Part shown: positions 28,739 through 44,660 of the stretch, piece by piece | Layout: each line of letters starts with the position of its first letter | Position numbering within the stretch: position 1 is the first letter of the stretch | Assembly (NCBI GenBank): GCA_009914755.4 | Contig: CP068257.2 | Location: 15,744,001 to 15,808,000, forward strand | Direction: 5' to 3' | DNA: 64,000 bases | Origin: the human T2T-CHM13v2.0 reference genome, Homo sapiens | The notes under the pieces: generated by a model | Databases searched by the model: none | Seen by the model: the letters and a program-made list of their open reading frames with translations, nothing else | What the model was told of the DNA's origin: nothing | Made by a program: the position numbers and the translations under genes

Positions 28739-28890
28739 AGGCCGAGCGCGGTGGCTCATGCCTGTAATTCCGCACTTTTGGGAGGCTGAGGCAGGTGGAT
28801 CACCTGAGATCAGGAGTTCGACACCAGCCTGGTCAGCATGGTGAAACCCTGTCTCTACTAAAAATACGAAAGTTAGCCGGGCTTGGTGGA
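28739..28890 (+). mobile_element. Alu, 3'-truncated (left arm plus start of right arm)
   Basis: 'ggccgagcgcggtggctcatgcctgtaattcc...ctaaaaatacgaaagttagccgggcttggtgga', then unrelated sequence. Confidence 0.85.
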
Positions 28891-29365
28891 CATATGATAT
28901 AACAAATAACTCCATACAAACTAGAAAGAAGAAGAAGGATATTGATAAAGAAACAAGAGCAGGAGCAAACAACAAAGTCACAAAAGGTCTTGATGTAGAA
29001 AGGTAACCATGAGGAACTCCGTAGGGTGGTTGCATGGAATATGTGGGATGAAATGGTAGGATATAATATTGGAACTGCAGATTATTGGATGTGAAGGGCT
29101 CCATTCACATCCACTTGTTAAAACAATAATGACGATTCTTTTAAATTTTTGTGCCAAGTATGCAGAAGAAGACCCAAGTGCACTGGCAGACCCATGGCAT
29201 CAGTACACATCTGCTATTGGCTCACTTCCTCTAATCTCCAGGGGCTTTTTCCCAACCTTCTGGTTCCTTCTCTGTCACTGACCATTATAGAAGGAAAATG
29301 AATCCAATAATTAAATCTTGACCCAAACTCAAAACAAATAATTTCTTTGTGATTTTTTTGTTTGC

Positions 29366-29666
29366 TTTTTTTTTTTTTTTTTTTTTTTTGAGACGGACTC
29401 TTGCTCTGTTACCCAGGCTGGAGTGCAGTGGCGCAATCTCGGCTCACTGCAACCTCCGCCTCCCAGTGCAAGCAATTCTCCTGCCTCAGCCTCCCAAGCA
29501 GCTGGGACTACAAGCATGTGCCACCATACCTTGCTAATTTTTGTATTTTTAGTAGAGATGGGGTTTCACCATATTGGCCAGGCTGGTCTCGAACTCGTGA
29601 CCTTGTGATCCACCCGCCTTGGCCTCCCAAAGTGCTGGGATTACAGGCATGAGCCACCACGCCCAG
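29366..29666 (-). mobile_element. Alu SINE, full length, reverse
   Basis: 24-nt poly-T, rc Alu, ends 'gcatgagccaccacgcccagcc'; perfect 15-bp TSD 'aaaacaaataatttc' at about 29330-29344 and 29667-29681. Confidence 0.95.
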
Positions 29667-31892
29667 CCAAAACAAATAATTTCAACAGCATAAAAACATT
29701 TTATTCTCCTAGTGTTGTAACGAGGTAAGCATTTTCATATCTGAATGAACCTCCCTTCTTCCCGTGATAGGAAGAGTTGATGTACAAGAATTTGATTAAA
29801 AAAAAATACACAGGAGAGGTTATGTTCAGCCTGCAGGTTAACAAGATGGGTGGATAGGATAGAACCCTAAAGCATAATTAAAACAGCTTAGGTAATTGTT
29901 TTTAAACCAAGCTTTGAGAACTAAAAATGAAATTTCATATTAAGAATATTCATGTGTTTTTCTGAACACTGCTAGAACCAGTGATTATTTTTGAATAGGT
30001 AATATAAATTATAATGTTGCCTAATAGCTGAGAGGCTTTTGGGCCAAATACTCCCACCGCATATATTTCCTAAGAGCATGGAAGTCCCACAAGCCTATGT
30101 GTACCTAACAATGGCATGTGTACGTGACATCATAATTTCACTTATCAAGGGAGGAAATGAGTCACACCTGAAGTTGTGTCATGTCATTGAAGCCAAACAA
30201 TCTGTCAATTTCAAAATTGGGGATGCAGTTTATTTCACAAAGAGTGTGTAGGCTAAAAATGTACGTCCTCTTCTAGTCTACTGAAGCAAGAGAAGACAGA
30301 TACCTTCTGCTGGTCCACCTCCAAATCTAGTTCTTCATCTTGAGGGATTTGTGTTACTTCAAAACAGCAGAACAATTCTTTCTGCCAGAATGTTCTCTTC
30401 AGCCATGGGTATGCTTCTAGGATTTCATTTCCTGATATTGTCCTTCTCCTCTTTTCGGGCAGGTGCACCTGAGTTTCAAATATTTCACATGCCTAAGTTG
30501 GTGCAGGTAAACTACATTCTTTTCCTTTTGCTTTCTGATCCAGTTATTTCATTTCCTAGCACATTCTTCTATATTTGGCCTTATGGAGCATCTGCCAATG
30601 AGAAACAAATGTCTGCCAAAAGCATCTGTGCTCCGAACAACCTTTGTCCATTCTTATTTCCTCTGTTTGGATAATTCCACCTACGTTTAATCCTCTCATC
30701 AGCCTATCGTTCATCTCAAACCTGATTTCTATTTATTTTTGTCCTGGCTAGCTCCTCTTTAGTGCGTATTATCCTACCTTTTCCGGGGGTCTGCAAACTT
30801 TCTAAGCATTATCCCTAATAACAAATACTTTAGAAACTTTCCTACTTACCACAAATGTATCATTTTGAGAATCACGTAATAGGGGCTAATGGATTCTGTG
30901 CTAAATTTCCAAGCCTTCTCCTGTCTCAAGTCTGTCCATATTATCTAAACCCTCCTTGTATATAGCTTTTTCAGCCTTTGAGGCTGGTTCCCCACTGATT
31001 ATTATTTGCTATCTGGAGCTTTCAGAGGCACATCTCAAAACTCGCCAAGTTCCTTGTTTCATCTAGTAAAGTCAGTGTAATATTACATCTATAATCTTGC
31101 CTCTCTTCTGTTATTGGAGATCTTCCAGGAATATTTCTTATTATTTCCCCATCTTTGAAAGAAGTTAGGTCAAATTAAACAGAAAAAGGAATTTATTGGA
31201 GGTACACTTGGTTGTCCACATCTTCAGGAAGACTAGAGAACTACATTCAGAATAGGCATTAAAAAGAGGAGGCTACGCCACCAAAACCACAGCCAAAACC
31301 AAGCCACAGAACAAATCCAGTGAGGATACCACTGCATCACAGAGCCACTGTGGAGACCATCCATACTGCCAGCATTGACCCTGGCCCTACCACTGTCTTG
31401 GTTGCCAGCATGCAGCCCAACACCCCACAGCCAGAAAGATGTCCCCACTGCTTTTGACCCTTGGTTTCTGTCTCCAGGTCTGAGACTCATGGGTCTGATT
31501 GTCACACCTAAGTCATGGGTTCAGGCCCCAGCTTCAGGGGAGGTTGAGAGGTAAGTTTCAAGTCTATTCAGATTTTACAGTGGAAGATGAACTCTGCCTC
31601 CCAGCAAGACCAATAGTATAGATATTCCAAATGTAAGAAAGGAATTCAGATAACAGACAAACGGTAGGGGAAGTCTATTATGTTTTGACTGCTGTCATCT
31701 GCCTTATGGCATAGCCAGTAGACAACTCATCTGTGTGTTGCACTATAGCTAGGGCCCTTACAGGAAATATGTCTTTTCACTTTCCTTCATCTAGCACGGC
31801 AGTTTCCAAGCCGTGCTCTGAGGTACCCCGACCCCCACCAGGTGCCACAGAGAACTCAGAAGACCCAGCAGCATATTTTAAATTTTCAAGGA

Positions 31893-32180
31893 CAGGCTGG
31901 GTGCGGTGGCTCAAGCCTGTAATCCCAGCACTTTGGGAGGTCGAAGCAGGCACATCACTTGAGGTCAAGAGATCGAGACCAGCTTGGCCAACACGGTGAA
32001 ACCCCATCGCTACTAAAAATACAAAAATTAGCTGGGTGTGGTGGCACGGCCTGTAATCCCAGCTGCTCAGGAGCCTGAGGCAGAAGAATCGCTTGAACCT
32101 GGGTAGGTGGAGGTTGCAGTGAGCTGAAACTGCACCACTGCATTCCAGCCTGGGCAACAGAGTGAGACCCTATCTCAAAA
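31893..32180 (+). mobile_element. Alu SINE, full length
   Basis: 'ggctgggtgcggtggctcaagcctgtaatcccagcactttgggaggtcgaagcagg...' to an A/T-rich tail. Confidence 0.95.
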
Positions 32181-33065
32181 AAGTAATAATAAAATAAAAT
32201 TTAAAAAAATAAATTTTTGAGGACAGCACAGTGGCATCTACCAGACACCACTCAGTCTCTACCTCGAGGTGGTTCGCAGTTTCATTAGATCAGCCTACAT
32301 TCCCTTCAAAGCCAGCCCTTTCTTTGCAAGGCTGGGTGTTCAGCAGTCACTACAAGTTTTTAGAAAGTGCCATATGAAAAAGCAATGTGGAATAGGAAAT
32401 GAGAGTGACATGTTCATTCTGATTCCAAACTTGTCCGGTGGGCAGTGCCCCACAGGCACACACGTCCCATTAGTAACTGTGTTCATTCAAGAATGAAACT
32501 AAGTATTACTTGTTCTTTATATTTATATGTTTGCTTTCCAAATAGCTACTTGGTTGTTAAAACATAAATATTTAAAGGTGTTTGAACCTACTAACTTAAT
32601 ACACGTAACTGCTAGGGTTGTTTTGGCAAGGAGTGAAGGGGGAGTGTTTTTGTTTTTGTTTTTTGGCCCAGGAATGTTGTGAAAAAAATTAAAACACAAA
32701 TGGCACCATAAACCAAAAGAGTTTGGGAAACTCTGAACCAGCACAATGTCTATTGATTTTTTAAATTAATGTTTTATTCTTCACAGTCCTGCATTGTTCA
32801 AGAGAAGCCTCCACTGTCCTCTCTCAAAGAATAACTTCTGAGTAAAGACAAGGAATAATAGAAAGCTATTATTATATTATTATTATAGCTTCCCACTCAT
32901 ATGATAGGTGGCAAGTGGATGACTAGAATTTCCAAAAGCAAACAACACAGCTGGGAGAGACCAGGAGACGAAAATATAGAGGAGAATACAGGCAAATGCA
33001 GAAAGTCCCCAAAGAACAAAGACAGAGTCAGGGAACCTCCCAGCCTTCTAGAAAAGGGACTCATG

Positions 33066-33336
33066 GGCCGGGCGTGGTGGCTCACACCTGTAATCCCAAC
33101 CCTTTGGGAGGCTGAGGTGGGCGGATCACCTGAGGTCAGGAGTTCCAGACCAGTCTGGCCAACACGACGAAATCCCGTCTCTACTAAAAATACAAAAATT
33201 AGCTGGGCATGGTGGCGCATGCCAGGCAGGAGAATCACTAGAACCTGGAAGGCAGAGTTTGCAGTGAGCTGAGATCATGCCACTGCACTCCAACCTGGGA
33301 AACAGAGTGAGACTCTGTTTCAAAAAAAAAAAGAAA
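33066..33336 (+). mobile_element. Alu SINE with internal deletion in the right arm
   Basis: 'gggccgggcgtggtggctcacacctgtaatcccaaccc...ttagctgggcatggtggcgcatgcc|aggcaggagaatcact...' (~35 nt missing), 11-nt A-tail. Confidence 0.9.
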
Positions 33337-33734
33337 AATGTAAAGGGACTCATGCACCCATTACCTAGCAGAAGTGCATGGTATCACTGCTGGCAAGCAC
33401 AAGGATGTCTATATATCCAGTAGGGAGAGTTTGAATAATTCTTCTGTGGAGAAAATATAAGCATGCGGCAGAAAATGTCCAACTTTGGAGACAAGAAATT
33501 TGCTTATTGATATTTCTAAAAACAGTGTCATGTTTAAGGATGAGTTTCGAAGGAGAATGCAGATAATGACAGAAGAGCTCTAAAATCTTACACGAGTCAT
33601 TAAACCCAGTTTTCTCTTCCATAGAAAGAGTGTATGTACTTGGCATCTAGCCTGCTAAAACTCTTAGTCTGTGTTGGTCTGAGATTTTTGGTGTCCTCAA
33701 AAGTGAATTTTATTTGTTTGTTTGTTGTTTGTTG

Positions 33735-34025
<291 letters not shown>

Positions 34026-34479
34026 TAGGAGTGAATTTTGTACATAGAAAAATGATTTCAATAGTTACTTACTAAAATTAATTCAATCTATTAAAGCTAT
34101 AAATTTTAAAAACCTACTTCTTTATTTGGCTTTTAAATTCTGTCTTGCTGAGTCTCTTACTCTCGCTTGCTTTGATGAAACCCAGCTGCCATGAGCCTGC
34201 AGCTCACAACAAGAGTTGGTCCATATGGAGAGGTCCATATGGTAAGGAAGTGAGGGAGGCCTCCAGCCAACAGCCAGTAAAAAACTGAGGCCCTCAGTCC
34301 AACAACCCATGAGCAAGTGAATGCTGCCCAAAATCACATGAACGATCTGGGAAGTGGATCCTTCCTCAGTCAGGCTCTTGGATCATAGTGACTCCTGCTG
34401 GATCTCCTTGACTGCAAGATCCTTAGGTAGAGGCATCCAGGTAAGCTGCAGCTGGATTTCTATCCAGGGGAAACTGTGA

Positions 34480-34826
<347 letters not shown>

Positions 34827-36049
34827 CTTGAGTAATTTTTATGCAGTAACAGATAACTAATACAGAAACTAAAAAAGACATGACAGGTAAATGCAATGTG
34901 TGACCCTGGACTGGATATCGTGGGGAGGAAGAGATACTAAAAGGACATATTGGACAATTGCCAAATTTGAATATTGACAGTATATTAGGTAATAATATTA
35001 AACTTCTTAATAGGATTATTGGACTGTGGTTATGTAAGGAAGTGTCCCTTTTATTATGAAATTCACATTGAAGTATTTAGAAATAAAGGAAAATGATATC
35101 TGCAATTAACTCTTACATGGTTCAGGGAAAAATTAACAATAATATGCATTATAAGTAGAAAGAGTAGTAAGGCAAATGTGTCAAATTGTTAATTTATGAA
35201 TCTGGATAAAGGATACATATTTAAAAGATATGTGTACATTTCTTGCAGCTCATCTGTAACTTTGAAAGTATTTTTTAAGGTTTTTTTTAAGTAGTATAGA
35301 GAAGCAATTTGTCATTTGTGGCTTAAACCTAAAATGTGTTGTTACAGAATTTTAAAATTAATTAAGACGTTCATTTCTTTAGTAAGAAAAAAGAGACTTA
35401 TTTTTTTCTTTTAATAATGATAGTCTTTCTCTTTTGGCGCTTTTAAAACCAAATACAAGCATAAATATATTCTGCCCATTGTATTTTCAGGAAAAAATTA
35501 GATTTGGCTAAGTTAGATTAAAACGCTATGTATAAATTTCTGTATTTAAATCCTACACTTACTCCGAAGTAAAGAGTGTTGTTCAAGTAAGGAGACTCTA
35601 AAGAAGAAGTTGAAAGGATAACAATCCAATTCTAAGGCCTACCTTGTGCAAAAAGTCAAAATTTGACTTCGGTACCTTCCTGACATTCTATCTTGACAAC
35701 ACTTTGTGACAACCTGACTTGTCACCGTATTCACCTTATTTCCTGTGCTAATCCAAGGATATTTTCTGATTAAAATTTTATATCACAAGAATTTTATGTT
35801 ATTTTCCTCACCTTAACACTTTTATCCCATCACTTGAATATTTTACCTTTTAATTTTTCACATTTTCAAGTGAGTGTTGTGGAGACAAATGTTGTCCACT
35901 ATCCTTCACACCCATCTTCATTTCTTTTCTACCCCCTACTCATTCTACTTTCTTCTTTTACCTTCTTGGGCGCCTTGCTTTCCTTTCTCTCCCATGGCTT
36001 TCTTATCTCTTTGACGCCTTCCCTCTTGCTTCCTCCATACTAACCCCAC

Positions 36050-36941
<892 letters not shown>

Positions 36942-37431
36942 TAGAAGTTCAGAACCTATACACCTGCCCATTATATCTGGTTTAAACTTACCAAGTTTCT
37001 ATACTATCATTTCCTTACCTCTGAGAGGTACCAAACCACCAAACCAGTTTTTTTTTTTAATTTGACTTACCTGAGCCAGTGTTTCTCTCCACTTTTAGGG
37101 CCACCTATCACTAATATATTTAGGAAAAGACCCATTGCAGGTTTGTTGTGGAGTTCTCTGTTCCCAGCTGTTTCTCCACATTCTGCCATGGCCCACGTGT
37201 CACTTAGCACTGTCAGTGGGGACCTGGATAATTTCCTTTAGTCTTGTCCATCTCCTCTTCCACACATCATCACACATAGATGCTGGGAGAAATAATAAGA
37301 GGAAGCATAAAATATGAAAAGATAAATTTGAAACTAGCCTCTATATATGACTTTTTTCCCAACAAAGTCCAACCAAACATCATCTAAGGAGTTAAAGGTT
37401 TTGTAGGGGTTTCTTGTGAGCATACTGTGGA

Positions 37432-37524
37432 ACAGCTGATCTCGAACTCCTGGGCTCAGGTGATCCTCCCACCTCAGCCTCTCAAAGTGTTAGGATTACA
37501 GATGTGGGCCACCATGCCTGGCTG
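37432..37524 (-). mobile_element. Alu fragment (5' monomer, reverse)
   Basis: 'gatctcgaactcctgggctcaggtgatcctcccacctcagcctctcaaagtgttaggattacagatgtgggccaccatgcctggct'. Confidence 0.75.
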
Positions 37525-37717
37525 ACCCTTCTTTTTATAAAATTGCTTTTTCCTCAACTTTTTGTTTTGAAAAGTCATAAGCCTACAGAAAGTTACAAGA
37601 ATTAATTTATACACCTATATGAAATTTGTTAGTTGTTAATTTTTTCAAAGTTCTCAATCTCTCTTCCCCTCTCTCTCCCTTTCTGAATCATTTGAAAATA
37701 AATTACAGGTATCTAGT

Positions 37718-38000
37718 CAGGCATGGTGGCTCAAGCCTGTAAACCCAGCACTTTGGGAGGCTGAGGCAGGTGGATTACTTGAGGTCAAGAGTTCGAGACC
37801 AGCCTGGCCAACCTGGTGAAATCTCATCTCCACTAAAAATACAAAAATTAGCCAGGCGTGGTGGTGGGTGCCTGTAATCCCAGCTCCTTGGGAGGCTGAG
37901 GCAGGAGAGAATTGCTTGAACCCAGGAGGCGGAGGTTGCAGCGAGCCAAGATCACACTATTACACTTCAGCCTGGGTGACAGAGTGAGACTCCATCTCAA

Positions 38001-38039
<39 letters not shown>

Positions 38040-38040
38040 C
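37718..38040 (+). mobile_element. Alu SINE, full length, with (TAAA)n tail
   Basis: 'agtcaggcatggtggctcaagcctgtaaacccagcac...gagtgagactccatctcaa' + (taaa)x10 at about 38000-38039. Confidence 0.95.
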
Positions 38041-38543
38041 AGATATCCTTGTTTACCCCAGCAAGAATCTAAAAACAAAGACATTCTCTTGAATATTCTT
38101 ACATAACCACAATACAGTGATCAAAATCAGGAAGTTTTAACATTGATACAACACTACTTTTCTGATATTGTTTTCTCAATAATATTCTTTCTAGCCAAGT
38201 TTTTGCCATCTAGAGTCACACATTGCATTCGGTTGCCATGTCTTTAGCCTTTTTCACTCTGAAACACTTCACTGCTCTTTCTGTCTTTCGCGGCATTGTC
38301 ATATTTGGAGGGTAGTGGTCAGTAGTTTTGTAGAACAGCTCTCGCCTTGGGTTTGTCTGATTATTTCCTTATGCTGAAATACAGACCATGCATTTTGGAA
38401 GGAAGAGTACAGGAATAATGTGCCCTTCTCAGTGCATCGCATCTGGAGGCTCCCCTGACGTCCGTTTGTCACATTATTACTGATGTTAAGCTTAATCACT
38501 TCTTCACAGTGAAAGTATCTCTTTCTTTCTTTGTGACTAATTA

Positions 38544-38978
<435 letters not shown>

Positions 38979-39200
38979 AGCCAGCCTCAAAAGATATACT
39001 GTATGATTCCATTTATGTGACATTCTTCTTGTAAAGACAAAACTATAGTGACAGAGAAGAGATCAGTGGTTGCCAGGAGTTAGAGGAGGTATGACTGTAA
39101 AGACATAGCATGAAAGAGTCGTAAGGTAATAGAACTGTCCTGTACGCTGAATGTGGTGGTGGTTACATAAATCTATACTTGTGTTAAAATTCATAAAACA

Positions 39201-39237
39201 AGGCCAGGTGTAGTGACTCATGCCTGTAATCCCAGGT
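39201..39237 (+). mobile_element. short Alu 5' fragment
   Basis: 'aaggccaggtgtagtgactcatgcctgtaatcccagg' only. Confidence 0.5.
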
Positions 39238-39302
39238 GTGGAAAAAAAATTCATAAAATGATACACCAAAAAATAAGTCAATTTTATAGTTCAGTGATTT
39301 TT

Positions 39303-39647
39303 CTTTTTTTTTTTTTTTTTTTTCCTGAGACAGATTCTCACTCTGTTGCCCAGGCCGGAGTGCAGTGGAGTGCAGTGGAGTGCAGTGGAGCGCAACGAAG
39401 CGTATTGGTGCGATCACAGTTTACTGCAACCTCTGCCTCCCTGGCTCAAGCAATCCACCCCCAACCTAAGCCTCCTGAGTAGCTGGGACCACAGGCCCAT
39501 GATACCTGGCTAATTTTTGTATTTCTAGTACAGACAGGGTTTCGCCATGTTGGCCAGGCTGTTCTGAACTCCTGACCTCAGGCGATCTGCCTGCCTCAGC
39601 CTCCCAAAGTGCTGGGATTACAGGTGTAAACCACCGCACCTGGCTGA
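39303..39647 (-). mobile_element. Alu SINE, reverse, with internal (GAGTGCAGTG)n micro-expansion; copy 1 of a tandem duplicate
   Basis: poly-T then 'cctgagacagattctcactctgttgcccaggccggagtgcagtggagtgcagtggagtgcagtggagcgcaacg...' to 'gtgtaaaccaccgcacctggct'. Confidence 0.9.
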
Positions 39648-39689
39648 TAAGTTAATTTTACAGTTTGATGATTTTTCTTTTTCTTTTTC

Positions 39690-40023
<334 letters not shown>

Positions 40024-40614
40024 TGATGACGCTTTAAAATAAAATTTAAAATAATTCACCTGTAAGAAGATACTTGAAGACTCTGTGAACATTTTGTTTA
40101 GCTGATAAACACAATCATTACATATCACTCAATTCTTTCTTTCATTCTCCACCTGAGCCCAACTGTCCACTTCTATCCAAACCTTTCAGTGACATAAGGA
40201 CTTATAGCACCTGTAGTTATCCTCCTGTGGTTAATCATTCCCCCATTCCTACAGACTATCAAATTGACATTTGCAGGGACCGTATCTTAATCACAACCTC
40301 TAGAACAGTGTTGTTCTCATATAGGCACGCTTGGAGAATTTATGAATGAATGTGACTTGGCGGCCACCTCTTATGCCGGCGCCTATGCACCTACAGAGAC
40401 TTCGTGAAGCCCTGGCACATTGTTTTTAATTGTTAAATTTCTCAGTTATGGGTATAATAGAGGCATTAAAGAGCATATAAGATTGTCTTCTCATTATGGA
40501 TACAGACTTTCATTCAGGTAATCCTATTACACACTTTACCTTTGCATCTGTCTAGTGCAGCCATTAGTTGGCCACAAAATCTGAAATAAATATTTCATAT
40601 TAAATTTAAAAATT

Positions 40615-40987
<373 letters not shown>

Positions 40988-41757
40988 TTAATGAGGATGT
41001 TTTATGTTAATAGGATAAATTTAATTGTTAAGATGTTAAGGTGGTGTGTTAAGGTGACAAAGGGGGAGTGGAAGGAAAGAGAACTAACATTACTGGGCAC
41101 GTACTACATGCCAGTATCTGCTTCAGGTGCTTTAAAAACATTCTCCCAGTCCCCACCCAACTCTGGGACACACGCTCCATTATGCTCACTGCAGGGTGTG
41201 GATGGAAAATGAAAGGGTTAGTTCTACCCAGAAGCACCTGCCTAAGATGCCCTGTGCCCCATCCCTTGGGCCCACCTGACATTAGTGGCACTAATGTGAA
41301 CAGCGGCATGCATGCTGCAAGTGCCCCACCTTCAGTGGGTGCTGTGGTGTCCCTTGGGGACACCCAAGCAGGCCACAGCCTGGAAGTGCAGGAGAGTTAG
41401 TAAGTAACAGTGGATGGAAGTCAGCAGATTAATGCCCCAGCCTCCTTGTCCTTCAGTGGAACAATGCTGAAGCACAGTCTATGAAGTTCCACAGCTGATC
41501 CCGAGTGTAAGTGGGCCTTATTTTTCCATAATGGTTTCCAACTGAGTAGCACACACTTTATAGGCTTTCTCACTTCCTTGTCTCTCTCTTCTCACACCTC
41601 ACTTCTGCTTCCTGGGATCAATATCATCAGTCAATAGGTAAATGCAGATAGACTACCTGCATCCAAGTCCCTTGCCTTAGACTCTACTTTGCAAGAACCC
41701 AAGCTAAGACATACAACAATATTAGTCAGTCTCCTCCTTCTTTAATAATGAAACCCC

Positions 41758-42085
<328 letters not shown>

Positions 42086-42312
42086 TTAGCTGTGCCCAGG
42101 ACCATTGAGTTATAGATTATATTATCCCAGCATCTTTGCAACCAGATAAGACCATGTAACTTTTTGCCAATAGGATATAAGTGCTTTTATTTAACAAGCT
42201 TTGCCTTTAAAAGAAATAAGGGTGTATTTTCTTGTTCCTTTGACCATTCCTGCTGTCTGGGATGTAGATGTAATGGCAGGAGCTAGAACAGCCCTCACAG
42301 ATCCAGAGATAG

Positions 42313-42762
<450 letters not shown>

Positions 42763-43299
42763 TAAGATCCAGTGTTTGATAGCACAGCAGGGTGAATATA
42801 GTAAATAATAATTTAATTGTACACTTAAAAAATCACTAAAAGAGTATAATTAGTCTGTTTGTAACACAAAGGATAAATGCTGGAGGGAATGGAGGCCCCG
42901 TATTCCATGATGTGATTATTACACACTGCATGCCTGTATCAAAACATCTCATGAACCCCATAAATATGTACACTTATATTTACTCAAAAAATTTTAAAAA
43001 TAAAATAAAGTAGCGTGGACTGTATTTTTGCAGAGGATAAGATATTGGACAAAGTTACACAGCTTTGGAGTAAGGTGTAAAGGGAAGGTTTGCATTCAAA
43101 TCTGTGGGAATCCACAGCTCAGGCTCTTAAGTGAGCCCTTCATTTATTGTGGGTGCGTGACTTGCCTCCTATGTGTTGGGGTAGTAAAAAGGCTGAAAAA
43201 TATTGCATTATTGATGACTCCTCACTGAAAAGATTTACCTTCCTTTATCCAACAGGGGAGGGAAAGGTTAATTCTGAGTTCCATCAACATGCAAATGAG

Positions 43300-43420
43300 G
43301 CCAGCTGCAGGTGGCCTACACCGATAATCCCAGTGCTTTGGGGTCAAGGCAGGAGTATCGCTTGAGCCCAGGAGTTTTTGACCAGCCTGGGTAAGATGGC
43401 AAGACCCCCGTCTCCACAAA
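43300..43420 (+). mobile_element. Alu left arm (the middle A-rich linker is replaced by the microsatellite)
   Basis: 'ggccagctgcaggtggcctacaccgataatcccagtgctttggggtcaaggcaggagtatcgcttgagcccaggagtttttgaccagcctgggtaagatggcaagacccccgtctc'. Confidence 0.8.
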
Positions 43421-43569
43421 AAAGAAAGAAGAAGAAAGAAAAGAAAGAAAGAAAGAACGAAAGAAAGAAAGAAAGAAAGAAGGAAGGAAGGAAGGAAAGA
43501 AAGAAGAAGGAAAGAAAGAAGAAAGAAAGAAAGAAAGAAGAAAGAAAGAAAAAAAGAAGAAAGAAAGAA

Positions 43570-43649
<80 letters not shown>

Positions 43650-43650
43650 A
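43421..43650. repeat. (GAAA)n microsatellite, ~230 bp, at the Alu mid-linker position
   Basis: near-perfect gaaa repeats (with aaggaagg and gaagaa variants) between the two Alu arms. Confidence 0.95.
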
Positions 43651-43652
43651 TA

Positions 43653-43797
43653 TTAGCTGGGCATGGTGGCACAGGCCTGTAGTCCCAGCTACACGGGAGG
43701 CTGAGGCAGAGGATTGCTTGAGCTCAGAAGTTCGAGGCTGCAGTGAGCTACAATTGTACTACCTCGCTCCAGCCTGGGTTACAGAGCGAGATCCCAT
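43653..43797 (+). mobile_element. Alu right arm (continuation of the 43300 element)
   Basis: 'ttagctgggcatggtggcacaggcctgtagtcccagctacacgggaggctgaggcag...cctcgctccagcctgggttacagagcgagatccc'. Confidence 0.8.
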
Positions 43798-43881
43798 AGA
43801 AGAAGGAAGGAAGGGAGGAAGGAAGGAAGGAAGGAAGGAAGGGAGGGAGGAAGGGAGGGAGGGAGGGAGGGAGGGAGGGAG
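43797..43881. repeat. (GGAA)n/(GGGA)n microsatellite at the Alu tail
   Basis: 'gaaggaaggaagggaggaaggaagg...gggagggagggagggagggagggaggg'. Confidence 0.9.
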
Positions 43882-44373
43882 GGAGGGAAATAAAAATGAA
43901 AATGGAAGACGTCATGATGCTATGAAGAAAGCTTAAATCTACTGAGGTTAGAATTGCCTTTTTTGTAAGAACCAAAGCAAAATATTTAACCGTTGTTATG
44001 AGCTAAATTGTGCCTCCTTTCCCCCATCCCCCATCCCCCGCCCCAAATTCATATGTTGAAGCCCTAACTCCAAGTACCTTAAAATGTGACTGTCATTGGA
44101 GGTAAGGTCATGAAAGAGGTAATTAAGTTAAAATGAGGCCATTAAGGTGGGCCCTAATTCAGTCTGACTGGTGTCCTTATAAGAAAAGGAAATTTGCACA
44201 CACTGAGAGACCCCAGTATGCCTGCATAGAGAAAAGACCATGTGAAGAGGCAGCAAGCGAGCCAAGGAAAGAGGCCTCAGAAGAAACCAACCTGCCGGGA
44301 CTTCAATCTTGGACCTTCAGCCTCCAGAACTGCGAGGAATACATTTCTGTTATTTAAGACACCCAGTCTTGCC

Positions 44374-44660
44374 AGGCGTGGTGGCTCACGCCTGTAATCC
44401 CAGCACTTTGGGAGGCCGAGGTAGGCGGATCACCTGAGGTCGGGAGTTTGAGACCAGCCTGACCCACATGGAGAAACCCCATCTCTACTAAAAATACAAA
44501 ATTAGCCGGACTTGGTGGCGCATGCCTGTAATCCCAGCTACTTGGGAAGGCTGAGGCAGGAGAATCGCTTGAACCTGGGAGGTGCAGGTTGCGGTGAGCC
44601 AAGATTGTGCCATTGCACTCCAGCCTGGGCAAGAGCAAAACTCTGTCTCAAAAAAAAAAT
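44374..44660 (+). mobile_element. Alu SINE, full length
   Basis: 'ccaggcgtggtggctcacgcctgtaatcccagcactttgggaggccgaggtaggcggatcacctgagg...' to a 10-nt A-tail; TSD 'aagacacccagtct' at about 44358-44371 and 44661-44675. Confidence 0.95.
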
